From the NCBI GenBank assembly GCA_024641325.1, contig JAHEDJ010000001.1, positions 23,594 to 87,593 of the forward strand: 64,000 bases of DNA, read 5' to 3'. A program made the position numbers and the translations under genes. The notes under the pieces were generated by a model. The model saw only the letters and a program-made list of their open reading frames with translations. It was not told the origin of the DNA and did not search any database. Below, piece by piece: positions 1 through 8,950 of this stretch. This stretch comes from a bacterium. Lineage in GTDB: Bacteria; Actinomycetota; Acidimicrobiia; Spongiisociales; JAHEDJ01. Position 1 is the first letter of the stretch, and each line of letters begins with the position of its first letter.

Positions 1-632
1 TATCCCCACACGACCGCTACGGAGGTGTCGGATAGCGAGCCTCCCAGTATCACCGTTGGGCTCACGCCGGCGGCAGTCGGTGGGGCGCTCGCATCCGCTC
101 TCACGATCAGCTTCGGGGCGCCACCTGCGATATCGGCCATGAGCAGTGTGTCGGGATCTACTCCCTCTGCGCCTTCGAGAAACAACAGAGTGGTTCGGCC
201 GTCCACCTCTTCGACGTCCAGCAGACGGATCTCTCGCTCCCACTCCGCGAAGAGAACCACCTCGGGTGAAGAAGTGCCTGCGGCGATGTGGAGCACACTA
301 TGCGGTGGGAATTGTTCAGGAGTGGTCTGGTATTGGTAGACGAGGCCGCCGGAGAGATCATCGAACGCCACCGCCACGGGATAGTCGGCATCTCCGGGAA
401 GGTCGCGTGTCTGTCCGCTTTCGAACAGAGTTACTCCTCCGAGGCGCGCAACGATCAAAGAGACATTCCCTTGAACAGCGGGCGTCGTCGATGTGGGCTG
501 TGTGGTTGTGCTCGTTGTCTGTGGGGACACTCGAGTATCGGTCGTGGTGGACCCAACCGTGCTCGTCGTTGCACCCGTTGAACATGCGCTTGCGGCGACG
601 ACCACGGTTATGTAGAACGAGAGCTTCCTCAT
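1..632 (-). CDS. Putative lipoprotein with Thr-rich linker (partial, runs off the left edge; absent from the ORF track)
   Basis: Manual translation from ATG at 632 gives MRKLSFYITVVVAASAC-STGATTSTVGSTTT... The frame is open to the window edge, with a signal peptide and lipobox-like ASAC. Confidence 0.8.
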   Translation of the reverse strand, partial: MRKLSFYITVVVAASACSTGATTSTVGSTTTDTRVSPQTTSTTTQPTSTTPAVQGNVSLIVARLGGVTLFESGQTRDLPGDADYPVAVAFDDLSGGLVYQYQTTPEQFPPHSVLHIAAGTSSPEVVLFAEWEREIRLLDVEEVDGRTTLLFLEGAEGVDPDTLLMADIAGGAPKLIVRADASAPPTAAGVSPTVILGGSLSDTSVAVVWG

Positions 633-645
633 GACCTGAAATACG

Positions 646-2034
646 TCATCTGCCGATCGATCGTTCCCGACGGTAGAGCATCGCCTGTTCGTAGGCGACG
701 AGGTAGTGCTGAGCCGCCGCCCCCCACGAGAAGTCGGTCAGCATGCCGTTGCGCTGCAATCTCCGGTATTCGCCTCTCGACTGCCGGAATATCCGCATCG
801 CTCTGCGAACCGTCTTGATCAGCTCTTCGTGCCTGAAATCCCGGAAGCCGAATCCGGTGGCGTCGGCGGGGCTCTCGTCGAGATCGATGACCGTGTCGTT
901 CAAGCCTCCTGTGAGGCGTACGACCGGCGGCGCTCCGTAGCGCATCGCGTAGATCTGTCCGATTCCGCACGGTTCGAAACGTGAAGGCATCAAATAAAAA
1001 TCTGCTCCGGCAGAGACAACCCTGGAAAGTCGTTCCTCATACGGGGCGTGCCAGATGGCATGAGGATGACGTTCTACCCAACTATCGACCATCGGATTCA
1101 AGTCGCCGTCTCCCACCAGAACGAGGCGCAGGCCCTCACCAACCAGCAGGTCGATGGCCGGGGCGAGTAGGTGAAGGCCCTTCTGCTCGGCCATGCGGCC
1201 CACATTGCCGAACAAGATTCCATCGGCCAACCCTGCTTCGGCCAGAAGGGCCTGGCGAGTGGCCTTGCGCGGGTACGGCCGATTTGGTGTGAAAGGGGCG
1301 GTCACGGCGGTGTCGGTTCTGGGGTTCCATTCGTCTGGGTTGAGCCCGTTGACTATTCCGGCGACCGGATGAGGAAGAGCGCGGATAACACCGTCGAGGC
1401 CTCCCGAGATCGAGGCGTCTTCGGTCAACTGCCTGGCGAAGGAAGGGCTCACCGTCGTTACCCGATCGGAGGCGGCAATCCCGGCCTTCAAGAAGTTGGC
1501 CTGACCCCACCATTCCAGATTGGCTCCGGGGGCCGTGTGGCGGGAATCGACTCCGACCACGGCTGCGGTTTCTGCCAGAGGGCCGAAGATGCCGTAGGCC
1601 GAATTGTGGATGGTGAATACTGTTGGAGTCGGGTTATCGAGGGCTGCCGGGCCGGCATGAGCATCGTGCAGATGGACCACCTCGTAATCGTGAGAGATGG
1701 CTCGCACCGCCGCCGAGAATCCACCGAAGCGCAGCCACTGGTCGTCGTACCCTTCTCCGTGAGAATCTCCATAGATACCATCTCGGTCGAAGGCAGGAGG
1801 ATCATCCACCAGGATCACCTCGACACCACCGGTCTCGTGGCGGTAAGTTGTCCGGGCCGGACCGGCCGGTTCGCTTTCGACTCCCAGGGCCATCAGGTGG
1901 CGATAACGGGGGAGAGCCACAGACACATCGTGCCCGGCTTTCACCAGAGCTCCGGCGATGCCGGCAACTGCTTCACCAAGACCACCGGTCCTGACAAGCG
2001 GCGAGAATTCGGACGCGGCGAGCAGGATTTTCAT
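646..2034 (-). CDS. glgA: Glycogen/starch synthase (GT5)
   Basis: N-terminal MKILLAASEFSPLVRTGGLGE, VHLHD, TIHN, QKG, MPSRFEPCG..QIYAMRYG, TGGLNDTV, DFSW motifs. Confidence 0.92.
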   Translation of the reverse strand: MKILLAASEFSPLVRTGGLGEAVAGIAGALVKAGHDVSVALPRYRHLMALGVESEPAGPARTTYRHETGGVEVILVDDPPAFDRDGIYGDSHGEGYDDQWLRFGGFSAAVRAISHDYEVVHLHDAHAGPAALDNPTPTVFTIHNSAYGIFGPLAETAAVVGVDSRHTAPGANLEWWGQANFLKAGIAASDRVTTVSPSFARQLTEDASISGGLDGVIRALPHPVAGIVNGLNPDEWNPRTDTAVTAPFTPNRPYPRKATRQALLAEAGLADGILFGNVGRMAEQKGLHLLAPAIDLLVGEGLRLVLVGDGDLNPMVDSWVERHPHAIWHAPYEERLSRVVSAGADFYLMPSRFEPCGIGQIYAMRYGAPPVVRLTGGLNDTVIDLDESPADATGFGFRDFRHEELIKTVRRAMRIFRQSRGEYRRLQRNGMLTDFSWGAAAQHYLVAYEQAMLYRRERSIGR

Positions 2035-3911
2035 TCCGAACCGGCCTCGAGGACAGTTTGTGTATCGACCGGCGGCTCTTCAGCCACATCGAGAATCTCG
2101 ACCGTCATTCGATAGAGCCCCGACGTCGGACGTATCCAATGGGGCCACAACAATATTCCTTGCTGCAACTCTTCGTCTCCTGTTTCGTTGCGAATAGCGG
2201 TCGTGAGGGGGAGGACGAACAGCTCACCGGGGTGACGGAGCGCGATCAAGATTTCGTTCATCCGATCTTCGTGGCGGAATCTGAAGCGATGGCCGGAAAC
2301 GGCCATAGGCATATCGATAGTTTGCCATGCACCGCCGTCGACTCGTAAGGATCCTGCGTCTCGCCGCACCGCAACCGGGAACTCCGTTCCGAAGCGACAC
2401 TCCGGGAGGTCGTCGATCTCATAGGTGATGTCGAAGGAGCGGTTCTCTGCTCGCATCAACCGGCGAACCCGTCCGTCGTGGGAAGTCGAAACGATGGTCA
2501 CCGAGCCTTTGCCCTTTTCCACGTCTCCTGTTTCGAAGGGGTGCCCCAAGACCATATCGGGTTCCATCGACTCCAGGGCGCCAGGCGACGCATCGAGGGG
2601 GAGGGTTCTTGTCGTCAGCCACCGATGGGTTCGAGATGGGCTTTGATCGGTGTGGTAATCCTCGATATGGGCGGCGACGACATCCGCGACCATCCACATT
2701 GAGGGCTTGTCGTCGTAGTAGGCGAGTGCTCCGTCGTCGAGATCGAGCACCCACGACTGGTCGGGGAGTTCGACGTAGATCTCGTCGCGTCCGTCGGCGT
2801 CCCAGTCGAAACTATCTAGTTTCGCCCACGACCGACCTGATCGTTTCGCCTTGTCGACGACCATCCTGGAGGCAAGCAACCGTCGATGTGTCTCCGCACG
2901 CAGGTGCGGCAGATATAACCCCCCGAACGCTCCGTGCCAGTAGGAGTCGTTGCCCTGTCCGCGTAGTACCTCGGTGAGCGCTTCGGCAGGTGCCTTGTCG
3001 CGACTTGCCCGTTTAGAAGCGTTCAACATCTTGCGGTACAGGACGTCGGCTTCGGGGTACCGATCCAGAAAGTGCTCCCAGCGCCCGTCGGACCAGTCGG
3101 TCATCTCTTGGTAGGAACCAGGAGGCAGCGAAGTCCGCTCGGTCGCCGGGTGGTCGGCCAGGTGCCGTTCGAAGGTGGTCAAATCGACCCACTCGACGGC
3201 TTCCGCGGCGGTGAAGAATCGATCGAGCCAGCCGTCGGGACCGTAAACCCGCCGGCTGCTGCCCGGCCACAGCCCGTACTTCTCCCCGTCGTCGGCCAGC
3301 ACGGCCACCGCATCCGGGTTTGCCTCATGAAGGTGACGCAGGCTTTCAATCAGTGTCTCGGGGTCTTCTCGGGGAGCGGCGTAGCGTAGATCGACGGAAA
3401 TCGGATACGCAGTTATGAGCCTGTCGAGGTAGTGGACCAGGTAGTTGCGATCGAGGTGCTCGAGTCCTGCTCGTTCGAAGTGCACATCATCGAGCGGTAT
3501 TGCGTCGTAGCCTGCTTCAGCGAAGGTTTCGACCAGGGACGGCTCCCAAACCCGCTCGGGAACCCAGGCTGTGATTGGATCTTGAGAGAAGCGCTCGTTG
3601 ATCGCACCCCGCATCCGCTTCAAGTGCTCGATCCGATCGCGCGGAGGAATCGCCGGAAGGATCGGCTCGTACATCGCTCCGCCCATCCACTCGATTTGTT
3701 CATCCGATCCGGAGAGGACATCGAGCAACTCGGGTCTGTGGGTCTCCAGTTGTTCGAGAAGCGTTCCCGAATAGTGCACGTTGACCGAGATTCCCGGGTG
3801 GCGTTGAAGGACATCGAGGAACGGCAGGTAGGCGCGATCGATTGCCTGATCGAGAACGGTTTCTAGTTGTCCAAACGGCTGGTGGCAGTGAACTGCGAAT
3901 ATGAGCTGCAC
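2031..3911 (-). CDS. GH57 alpha-amylase/4-alpha-glucanotransferase
   Basis: HxHQP, YEPIL, WVPERVW (nucleophile Glu), DDGEKYG (acid/base Asp), ND.YWHG.FGGLYLPHLR and DWDADGRDE motifs; overlaps glgA by 4 nt. Confidence 0.88.
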   Translation of the reverse strand: MQLIFAVHCHQPFGQLETVLDQAIDRAYLPFLDVLQRHPGISVNVHYSGTLLEQLETHRPELLDVLSGSDEQIEWMGGAMYEPILPAIPPRDRIEHLKRMRGAINERFSQDPITAWVPERVWEPSLVETFAEAGYDAIPLDDVHFERAGLEHLDRNYLVHYLDRLITAYPISVDLRYAAPREDPETLIESLRHLHEANPDAVAVLADDGEKYGLWPGSSRRVYGPDGWLDRFFTAAEAVEWVDLTTFERHLADHPATERTSLPPGSYQEMTDWSDGRWEHFLDRYPEADVLYRKMLNASKRASRDKAPAEALTEVLRGQGNDSYWHGAFGGLYLPHLRAETHRRLLASRMVVDKAKRSGRSWAKLDSFDWDADGRDEIYVELPDQSWVLDLDDGALAYYDDKPSMWMVADVVAAHIEDYHTDQSPSRTHRWLTTRTLPLDASPGALESMEPDMVLGHPFETGDVEKGKGSVTIVSTSHDGRVRRLMRAENRSFDITYEIDDLPECRFGTEFPVAVRRDAGSLRVDGGAWQTIDMPMAVSGHRFRFRHEDRMNEILIALRHPGELFVLPLTTAIRNETGDEELQQGILLWPHWIRPTSGLYRMTVEILDVAEEPPVDTQTVLEAGSE

Positions 3912-3994
3912 GGTCTGGCTCCTCTTTCGTAGCCAAAGCTAGCCGGGTCATCGGGAGCCTACGACCGCGCCCGCAACCCCCCTACACTCTGCGG

Positions 3995-4285
3995 ATGCCC
4001 ATCGATATTGATATCGCTCATGTTGCGCGGCTCGCCCGGCTCGGGTTGAGCGACGCAGAGTTGTCCCACTACCAGGCCCAGCTTGCTGTGATCCTCGATC
4101 ATGCCGCTCGCGTGCAGGAAATCGATACAGAAGACGTCAAGCCAACCGCCCATCCTCTATCGATGGTGAACGCGTTTCGGCGCGACGAGGTGCGGCCGTC
4201 CCTCGACCGGACCGAGGTGCTCGAGCAGGCTCCAGAGCACGAAGACGGCTACTTTCGGGTTCCGCCGCACCTGGAGACGCAATGA
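3995..4285 (+). CDS. gatC: Asp/Glu-tRNA amidotransferase subunit C
   Basis: HVARLARL...DTEDVKPTAHP...R.DEV...DGYFRVP; first gene of gatCAB. Confidence 0.95.
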   Translation: MPIDIDIAHVARLARLGLSDAELSHYQAQLAVILDHAARVQEIDTEDVKPTAHPLSMVNAFRRDEVRPSLDRTEVLEQAPEHEDGYFRVPPHLETQ

Positions 4286-5745
4286 GCGAATACACCCTCT
4301 CCGGAGCCCGGACGGCCCTCCGCGATGGTTCAGTCTCTGCTCGGGAGTTGATCGACGCTGCATTGGACAGAGCAGCGAAAACCGAGGCCGAGCTCCATGC
4401 CTTTCTCACGCTCGATCACGACGGTGCTCGCCTGGCGGCCGACGCCGCCGACGCAGAGTTCGCAGCCGGTCGAGATGCCGGCCCTTTGCAGGGCATTCCG
4501 GTAGCCGTCAAGGACAACATGGTGACCAGAGGCATCGAGACGACCGCCGCTTCACAGATCCTCGCCGGCTACGTCCCGCCCTACGACGCCACCGCCGTGG
4601 CGAGACTCAAAGAACAGAACGCGGTGATTGTCGGCAAGACCAACATGGACGAGTTCGCTATGGGCTCATCGACTGAGAACTCCGCATTCGGATCGAGCCG
4701 CAACCCATGGCACACCGATCGAGTGCCAGGTGGATCGTCGGGGGGTTCGGCTATCGCCGTAGCGGCCGGTTCGGCGATAGTTGGACTGGGATCCGACACA
4801 GGCGGCTCGATCCGGCAGCCGGCGGCCCTGTGCGGAGTGGTCGGGATGAAGCCGACCTACGGTCTGGTGAGCCGGTACGGGCTGATCGCCTTTGCCTCGT
4901 CGCTCGATCAGATCGGTCCTCTCACCAGGACCGTCGAGGATTCCGTGACCGCTCTCGAAGCGCTGGCCGGCCACGATCCACTCGATGCGACTTCCTATCG
5001 GGGTGATCGGCCGGACTTCCGAACGGGACTCGATGGCGGCGTGGCGGGGCTCAGAATCGGCGTTGTGCGCGAGTTGAGCGGAGAGGGTTTCGACGCGGAT
5101 GTGGAGACCGCGTTCCGGCGTACCGTCGATCTGTTGAGTGAGGCAGGTGCCGAGATAGTCGAGGTTTCGCTGCCATCGATGGAAACGTCGCTGAGTGCCT
5201 ACTACCTCATCGCGCCCGCCGAGTGCTCGGCCAACCTCGCCCGGTTCGACGGTGTTCGTTATGGATCGCGCCACGACGGGGCGACGGTCGAGGAGATGAT
5301 GACCGCAACGAGGGCCGACGGATTCGGCCAGGAGGTCATACGCCGGATTCTGCTCGGCACGTATGCGTTATCGGCCGGTTACTACGACGCCTTCTACGGC
5401 CAGGCGCAGAAGGTGCGAACCCTCGTCATCCGCGATTTCGAATCCGCCTACCGCCGGGTTGATGCTCTGGTATCTCCGACCGCCCCAACCACGGCCTTTG
5501 AGATCGGCTCCAAGACTCAGGACCCGCTCTCGATGTACCTGTCCGATGTCTGCACGATCCCATCCAACTTGGCCGGCGATCCTGCGATCTCCGTGCCGGT
5601 CGGTTGCGACGGCGACGGATTGCCGATCGGATTCCAGATCATGGCCCCGGCGCTTGGTGAAGCCGTCATGTTCCGTGTTGCTCACACTGTTGAGCAGTTG
5701 GTGGGCTTCGAACAACGTCCTCCGATGCTGGAGGTTTGGGCATGA
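4282..5745 (+). CDS. gatA: Asp/Glu-tRNA amidotransferase subunit A
   Basis: Amidase signature GKTNMDEFAMGSSTE, PGGSSGGSA, GSDTGGSIRQPA. Confidence 0.97.
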   Translation: MSEYTLSGARTALRDGSVSARELIDAALDRAAKTEAELHAFLTLDHDGARLAADAADAEFAAGRDAGPLQGIPVAVKDNMVTRGIETTAASQILAGYVPPYDATAVARLKEQNAVIVGKTNMDEFAMGSSTENSAFGSSRNPWHTDRVPGGSSGGSAIAVAAGSAIVGLGSDTGGSIRQPAALCGVVGMKPTYGLVSRYGLIAFASSLDQIGPLTRTVEDSVTALEALAGHDPLDATSYRGDRPDFRTGLDGGVAGLRIGVVRELSGEGFDADVETAFRRTVDLLSEAGAEIVEVSLPSMETSLSAYYLIAPAECSANLARFDGVRYGSRHDGATVEEMMTATRADGFGQEVIRRILLGTYALSAGYYDAFYGQAQKVRTLVIRDFESAYRRVDALVSPTAPTTAFEIGSKTQDPLSMYLSDVCTIPSNLAGDPAISVPVGCDGDGLPIGFQIMAPALGEAVMFRVAHTVEQLVGFEQRPPMLEVWA

Positions 5746-7190
5746 GTTGGGAACCTGTGATCGGGATCGAGGTCCATGTTGAATTGAAGACCAACTCGAA
5801 GATGTTCTGCGGGTGTCGGGCCGACTTCGGCGCAGCCCCCAACACGAACATATGTCCGGTGTGCCTGGCTTTGCCGGGAGCGCTTCCGGTTCCCAACGAA
5901 CAGGCAATCGAGTGGATCGTGCGGATCGGCCTCGCCCTGAATTGCACGATTGCTCCCGAGAGCATCTTCCATCGGAAGAACTACTTCTACGCGGATCTGC
6001 CGAAGAACTACCAGATCTCGCAGTACGACCAGCCGGTGTGCACGACCGGGCATCTCGACGTCGATCTGGACGGCGAGACGACCCGGGTGGCAATCAACCG
6101 TGTGCATCAGGAAGAGGACACCGGCAAGAGCATCCACGTGGGTGGAGGGGGCCGCATTCATTCCGCCGAGGCGACCCTGCTCGACTTCAATCGAGCCGGG
6201 GTGCCGTTGGTCGAGATCGTGAGTGAACCCGACATCCACAGTCCTGCACAAGCCCGCGCATATGCCCAGCAGCTGCGTTCCCTTGTGGAGAGCCTCGGCG
6301 TTTCTGACGCGAAACTCGAGGAAGGCTCTATGCGGTTCGACGCCAACGTTTCGATCAGGCCAACGGGCGACGAGGAGCTCGGAGCGAAGGTCGAGGTCAA
6401 GAACATGAACTCTTTCCGGTCGCTCGAACGAGCGCTGGCCTATGAGATTGATCGCCAGACCGAAGTCCGGGAGTCCGGTCGGCGAATTCCACAGGAGACA
6501 CGCCACTGGGATGAAGCGGCCGGCATTACCCAAAGCATGCGTTCGAAGGAAGGCTCCTCGGACTATCGCTACTTCGCCGAGCCCGACCTTGTTCCAATCG
6601 TCATTTCGGAGGAGAGGCGCGAGGAGATCCGCGCGACACTGCCGGAGTTACCCCACGAGCGTATCGCCAGGTATGTCGAGTCCGGGTTGGACCCGCACGC
6701 TGCTTCCGTGTTGGTGTCGGGTGAGATGGGTTTGGGAGCCCTCTTTGAAGAAGCCGTCCAAAACGGCGCCGATCCGAAACAGGTTGCCAACTGGTTGACC
6801 GGCGAAACAACCGCCTACCTGCGCAAACGGGAAACAACGATCGAGCGCACCGCGCTGACCGCTGCTCATCTTGTGCAGATGACGGGAATGTTGACCGAGG
6901 GAAGGCTGTCTTCATCAGCTGCCAAAGACGTACTGGCCGGTGTTCTCGAGGGCGAGGGGTCGCCCGAGGATGTGGCAGCCGCCAGAGACCTCATCCAGAT
7001 GTCGGATACCGGGGCCATCGAATCTGCGGTCGATAGCGTGCTGGCGTCGAATCCGGATGCGTTGGAGAAGCTCCGTGGAGGCGACATGAAACCATTCGGG
7101 TTCCTGGTGGGACAAGTGATGCGTGCCACCGGAGGCAAAGCCGACCCGAAAGTCGTCAACGAAATTCTGCGGGATCGGGCGGCCCGATGA
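5742..7190 (+). CDS. gatB: Asp/Glu-tRNA amidotransferase subunit B
   Basis: VIGIEVHVEL, RKNYFYADLPKNYQISQ, EVKNMNS, DYRYFAEPDL, C-terminal Yqey-like GFLVGQVM; ATG at 5742 overlaps the gatA stop. Confidence 0.97.
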   Translation: MSWEPVIGIEVHVELKTNSKMFCGCRADFGAAPNTNICPVCLALPGALPVPNEQAIEWIVRIGLALNCTIAPESIFHRKNYFYADLPKNYQISQYDQPVCTTGHLDVDLDGETTRVAINRVHQEEDTGKSIHVGGGGRIHSAEATLLDFNRAGVPLVEIVSEPDIHSPAQARAYAQQLRSLVESLGVSDAKLEEGSMRFDANVSIRPTGDEELGAKVEVKNMNSFRSLERALAYEIDRQTEVRESGRRIPQETRHWDEAAGITQSMRSKEGSSDYRYFAEPDLVPIVISEERREEIRATLPELPHERIARYVESGLDPHAASVLVSGEMGLGALFEEAVQNGADPKQVANWLTGETTAYLRKRETTIERTALTAAHLVQMTGMLTEGRLSSSAAKDVLAGVLEGEGSPEDVAAARDLIQMSDTGAIESAVDSVLASNPDALEKLRGGDMKPFGFLVGQVMRATGGKADPKVVNEILRDRAAR

Positions 7191-7816
7191 GCCGCCCGAT
7201 CATCTTCGACTGTGATGGCGTGCTGGTGGATTCGGAGGAGCTCGCCTGGTCGGCCTGGCGGGAGGCTCTCGCCCCCCACGGCCTGGAGATACTCGATGAA
7301 GAGATTGCCGCGCTTTCGGGCCGGACGGAAGTAGATGCTTTCCGCCACTTTGCCGAGCGAGGCGATATACCTCCCTATGAGGAGTTCTGGCCGCTCCTCG
7401 CAGATCGTGTGCATGCGCTGTTCGAGCAGTATCTCGAAGCATTCGAAGATGCGGCAGACACGCTGGAGGTACTCCATGCGCAAGGTCGCTCGATCGCGGT
7501 GGCCTCGAGCAGTCCGAGAGAACGCCTCAACCTATCGTTGCGGTCGACCGGCTTGGACCGCTTCTTCGACGTTGTCGTTGCCGGTGATGAGGTGACCACC
7601 GGCAAACCGGCCCCCGACATCTATCTCGCGGCTGCAGCCGGCCTGGGTGTTGACCCGCGAGATTGTGTTGCGGTCGAGGATGCTCCGGCCGGGATAGCCG
7701 CTGGGAAGGCTGCCGGTATGCGGGTGGTAGCGGTGTTGCGGGGCGGGTACGCCCCCGACCAGTTGAGTGAAGCAGACCTGATCGTGCCCCGACTCACCCC
7801 CGCGGCGCTTGTGTAG
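7187..7816 (+). CDS. HAD-superfamily phosphatase (beta-PGM/CbbY-like)
   Basis: FDCDGVLVDSE, GKPAPDIY, VEDA..GIAAG motifs. Confidence 0.9.
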   Translation: MSRPIIFDCDGVLVDSEELAWSAWREALAPHGLEILDEEIAALSGRTEVDAFRHFAERGDIPPYEEFWPLLADRVHALFEQYLEAFEDAADTLEVLHAQGRSIAVASSSPRERLNLSLRSTGLDRFFDVVVAGDEVTTGKPAPDIYLAAAAGLGVDPRDCVAVEDAPAGIAAGKAAGMRVVAVLRGGYAPDQLSEADLIVPRLTPAALV

Positions 7817-7829
7817 CGCGCGTTGGCGA

Positions 7830-7980
7830 TAGGCCGTAAGCAGTGGGCCACAAGCCTTAGGCCGTAAGCAGCGGGCATTTGGCGATTGGGGATTGGCGAT
7901 TGGCTCCCGGTTGAAGCCGTTGGTCGTGAGCCCTGGCCATAGGCTTTAGGCCATAGGCTTTAGGCCATAGGCCATAGGCT
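7830..7980. repeat. Composite 7-bp-periodic intergenic repeats
   Basis: TAGGCCGTAAGCAG at 7830 and 7858 (28 nt apart); GGCGATT/GGGGATT/GGCGATT at 7881-7901; AGGCTTT/AGGCCAT units at 7941-7980. Confidence 0.8.
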
Positions 7981-7985
7981 CAGTC

Positions 7986-8083
7986 ACTGCTTACTGCTTA
8001 CTGCTTACTGCTTACTGCTTACTGCTTACTGCTTACTGCTTACTGCTTACTGCTTACTGCTTACTGCTTACTGCCTACTGCTT
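7986..8083. repeat. Heptamer tandem repeat (ACTGCTT)x14
   Basis: 12 perfect copies at 7986-8069, one variant ACTGCCT, one more perfect copy, then degenerate ACCGCTC. Confidence 0.97.
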
Positions 8084-8094
8084 ACCGCTCACGC

Positions 8095-8100
8095 TAACCT
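8095..8100 (+). promoter_or_regulatory. Putative -10 box (TAACCT) of a leaderless transcript
   Basis: TANNNT hexamer 6 nt upstream of ATG 8107 with no SD; same geometry as many other genes in this window. Confidence 0.55.
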
Positions 8101-8106
8101 CCCCCC

Positions 8107-8244
8107 ATGGAAAACCTCTCGCTGTACATCGGCATCGCGGCGGCTGCTCTCGTCGGGTGGTGGATCTTCAGGAAGCTGTTCAAGCTGGCGCTTTATGCCG
8201 GGATCATCGGCGTCGCTGCCTGGTTCTTCTACTTCCAATCTTGA
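8107..8244 (+). CDS. Small 45-aa two-helix membrane protein (not in the ORF track)
   Basis: [45 protein letters not shown]: two hydrophobic segments around RK..K, GC-rich third codon positions, stop 4 nt before the next ATG. Confidence 0.75.
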   Translation: MENLSLYIGIAAAALVGWWIFRKLFKLALYAGIIGVAAWFFYFQS

Positions 8245-8248
8245 TCGT

Positions 8249-8950
8249 ATGGACTTCCTCTTTGAGGTCGTCGGCGATGCGCTGAGTTCGCTTGCCGGTT
8301 TCGGAGGCGAGCTCCGGCGGGTAATCGGACTGACCCTGGTCGTGTCGTTGCTGGCGACCGCAATGGGAGTGACCATCGGTGTCCCGCTCGGCGCTTGGAT
8401 TGGTTTGGGTCGGACCCGGGTTCGAACGGCGTGGTTGGTGGCCGTCAACATCGGTATGGGTATGCCGCCGGTCGTGGCCGGCCTGGCATTGCTCTTGTTG
8501 ATCTGGGACACCGGGCCGCTTGGCGGACTCGGTCTGCTTTTCACTCCGAGCGCAATGGTGGCCGCGCAGACGCTTCTGGCAATCCCCATCGCGGCGGGCG
8601 TGACCGCTGGTGCGATAAAGGGCCTTCCGTCGTCGGCTTCAGAGCAATTGGCGGCATTGTCCCTGTCCGGATGGCAGCGCGGCCGGGTGGTTCTGGTCGA
8701 GGTCTGGCCCGGCGTGCTGGCGGCCGTAGCTGCCGCCTTCGGCCGTGTCTCTTCTGAGGTTGGGGCAGTGCTGGTGGTGGGTGGCAACATCGTAGGAGAG
8801 ACCCGTGTGCTCACGACTGCGATTGTGCAGGAGACTCGCCAGGCCAACTTCGGAGATGCGCTGGCACTCGCCATCGTATTGATCGTGCTGGCGGCCATCA
8901 TCAACGGATTCCTCACCTGGATGCAACTCAGGGATACTCGCCGTGCGTGA
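8249..8950 (+). CDS. tupB: Tungstate-type ABC transporter permease (TupB-like)
   Basis: [57 protein letters not shown] motifs. Confidence 0.85.
   Translation: MDFLFEVVGDALSSLAGFGGELRRVIGLTLVVSLLATAMGVTIGVPLGAWIGLGRTRVRTAWLVAVNIGMGMPPVVAGLALLLLIWDTGPLGGLGLLFTPSAMVAAQTLLAIPIAAGVTAGAIKGLPSSASEQLAALSLSGWQRGRVVLVEVWPGVLAAVAAAFGRVSSEVGAVLVVGGNIVGETRVLTTAIVQETRQANFGDALALAIVLIVLAAIINGFLTWMQLRDTRRA

Noticed and set aside
25-634. Plus-strand ORFs 25-339, 146-634 and 288-581
   Set aside because: They are shadows of the minus-strand lipoprotein gene, which the track missed because it lacks a stop within the window.
7986-8083. Possible CRISPR array, given a Cas4-like gene in the window
   Set aside because: It is a pure 7-bp tandem repeat with no spacers, and there are no cas1/cas2 or effector genes.
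7817-8106. Moco/Tuco riboswitch upstream of the tup-like operon
   Set aside because: The region consists of simple repeats and the first gene appears leaderless; I could not recognise a riboswitch fold.
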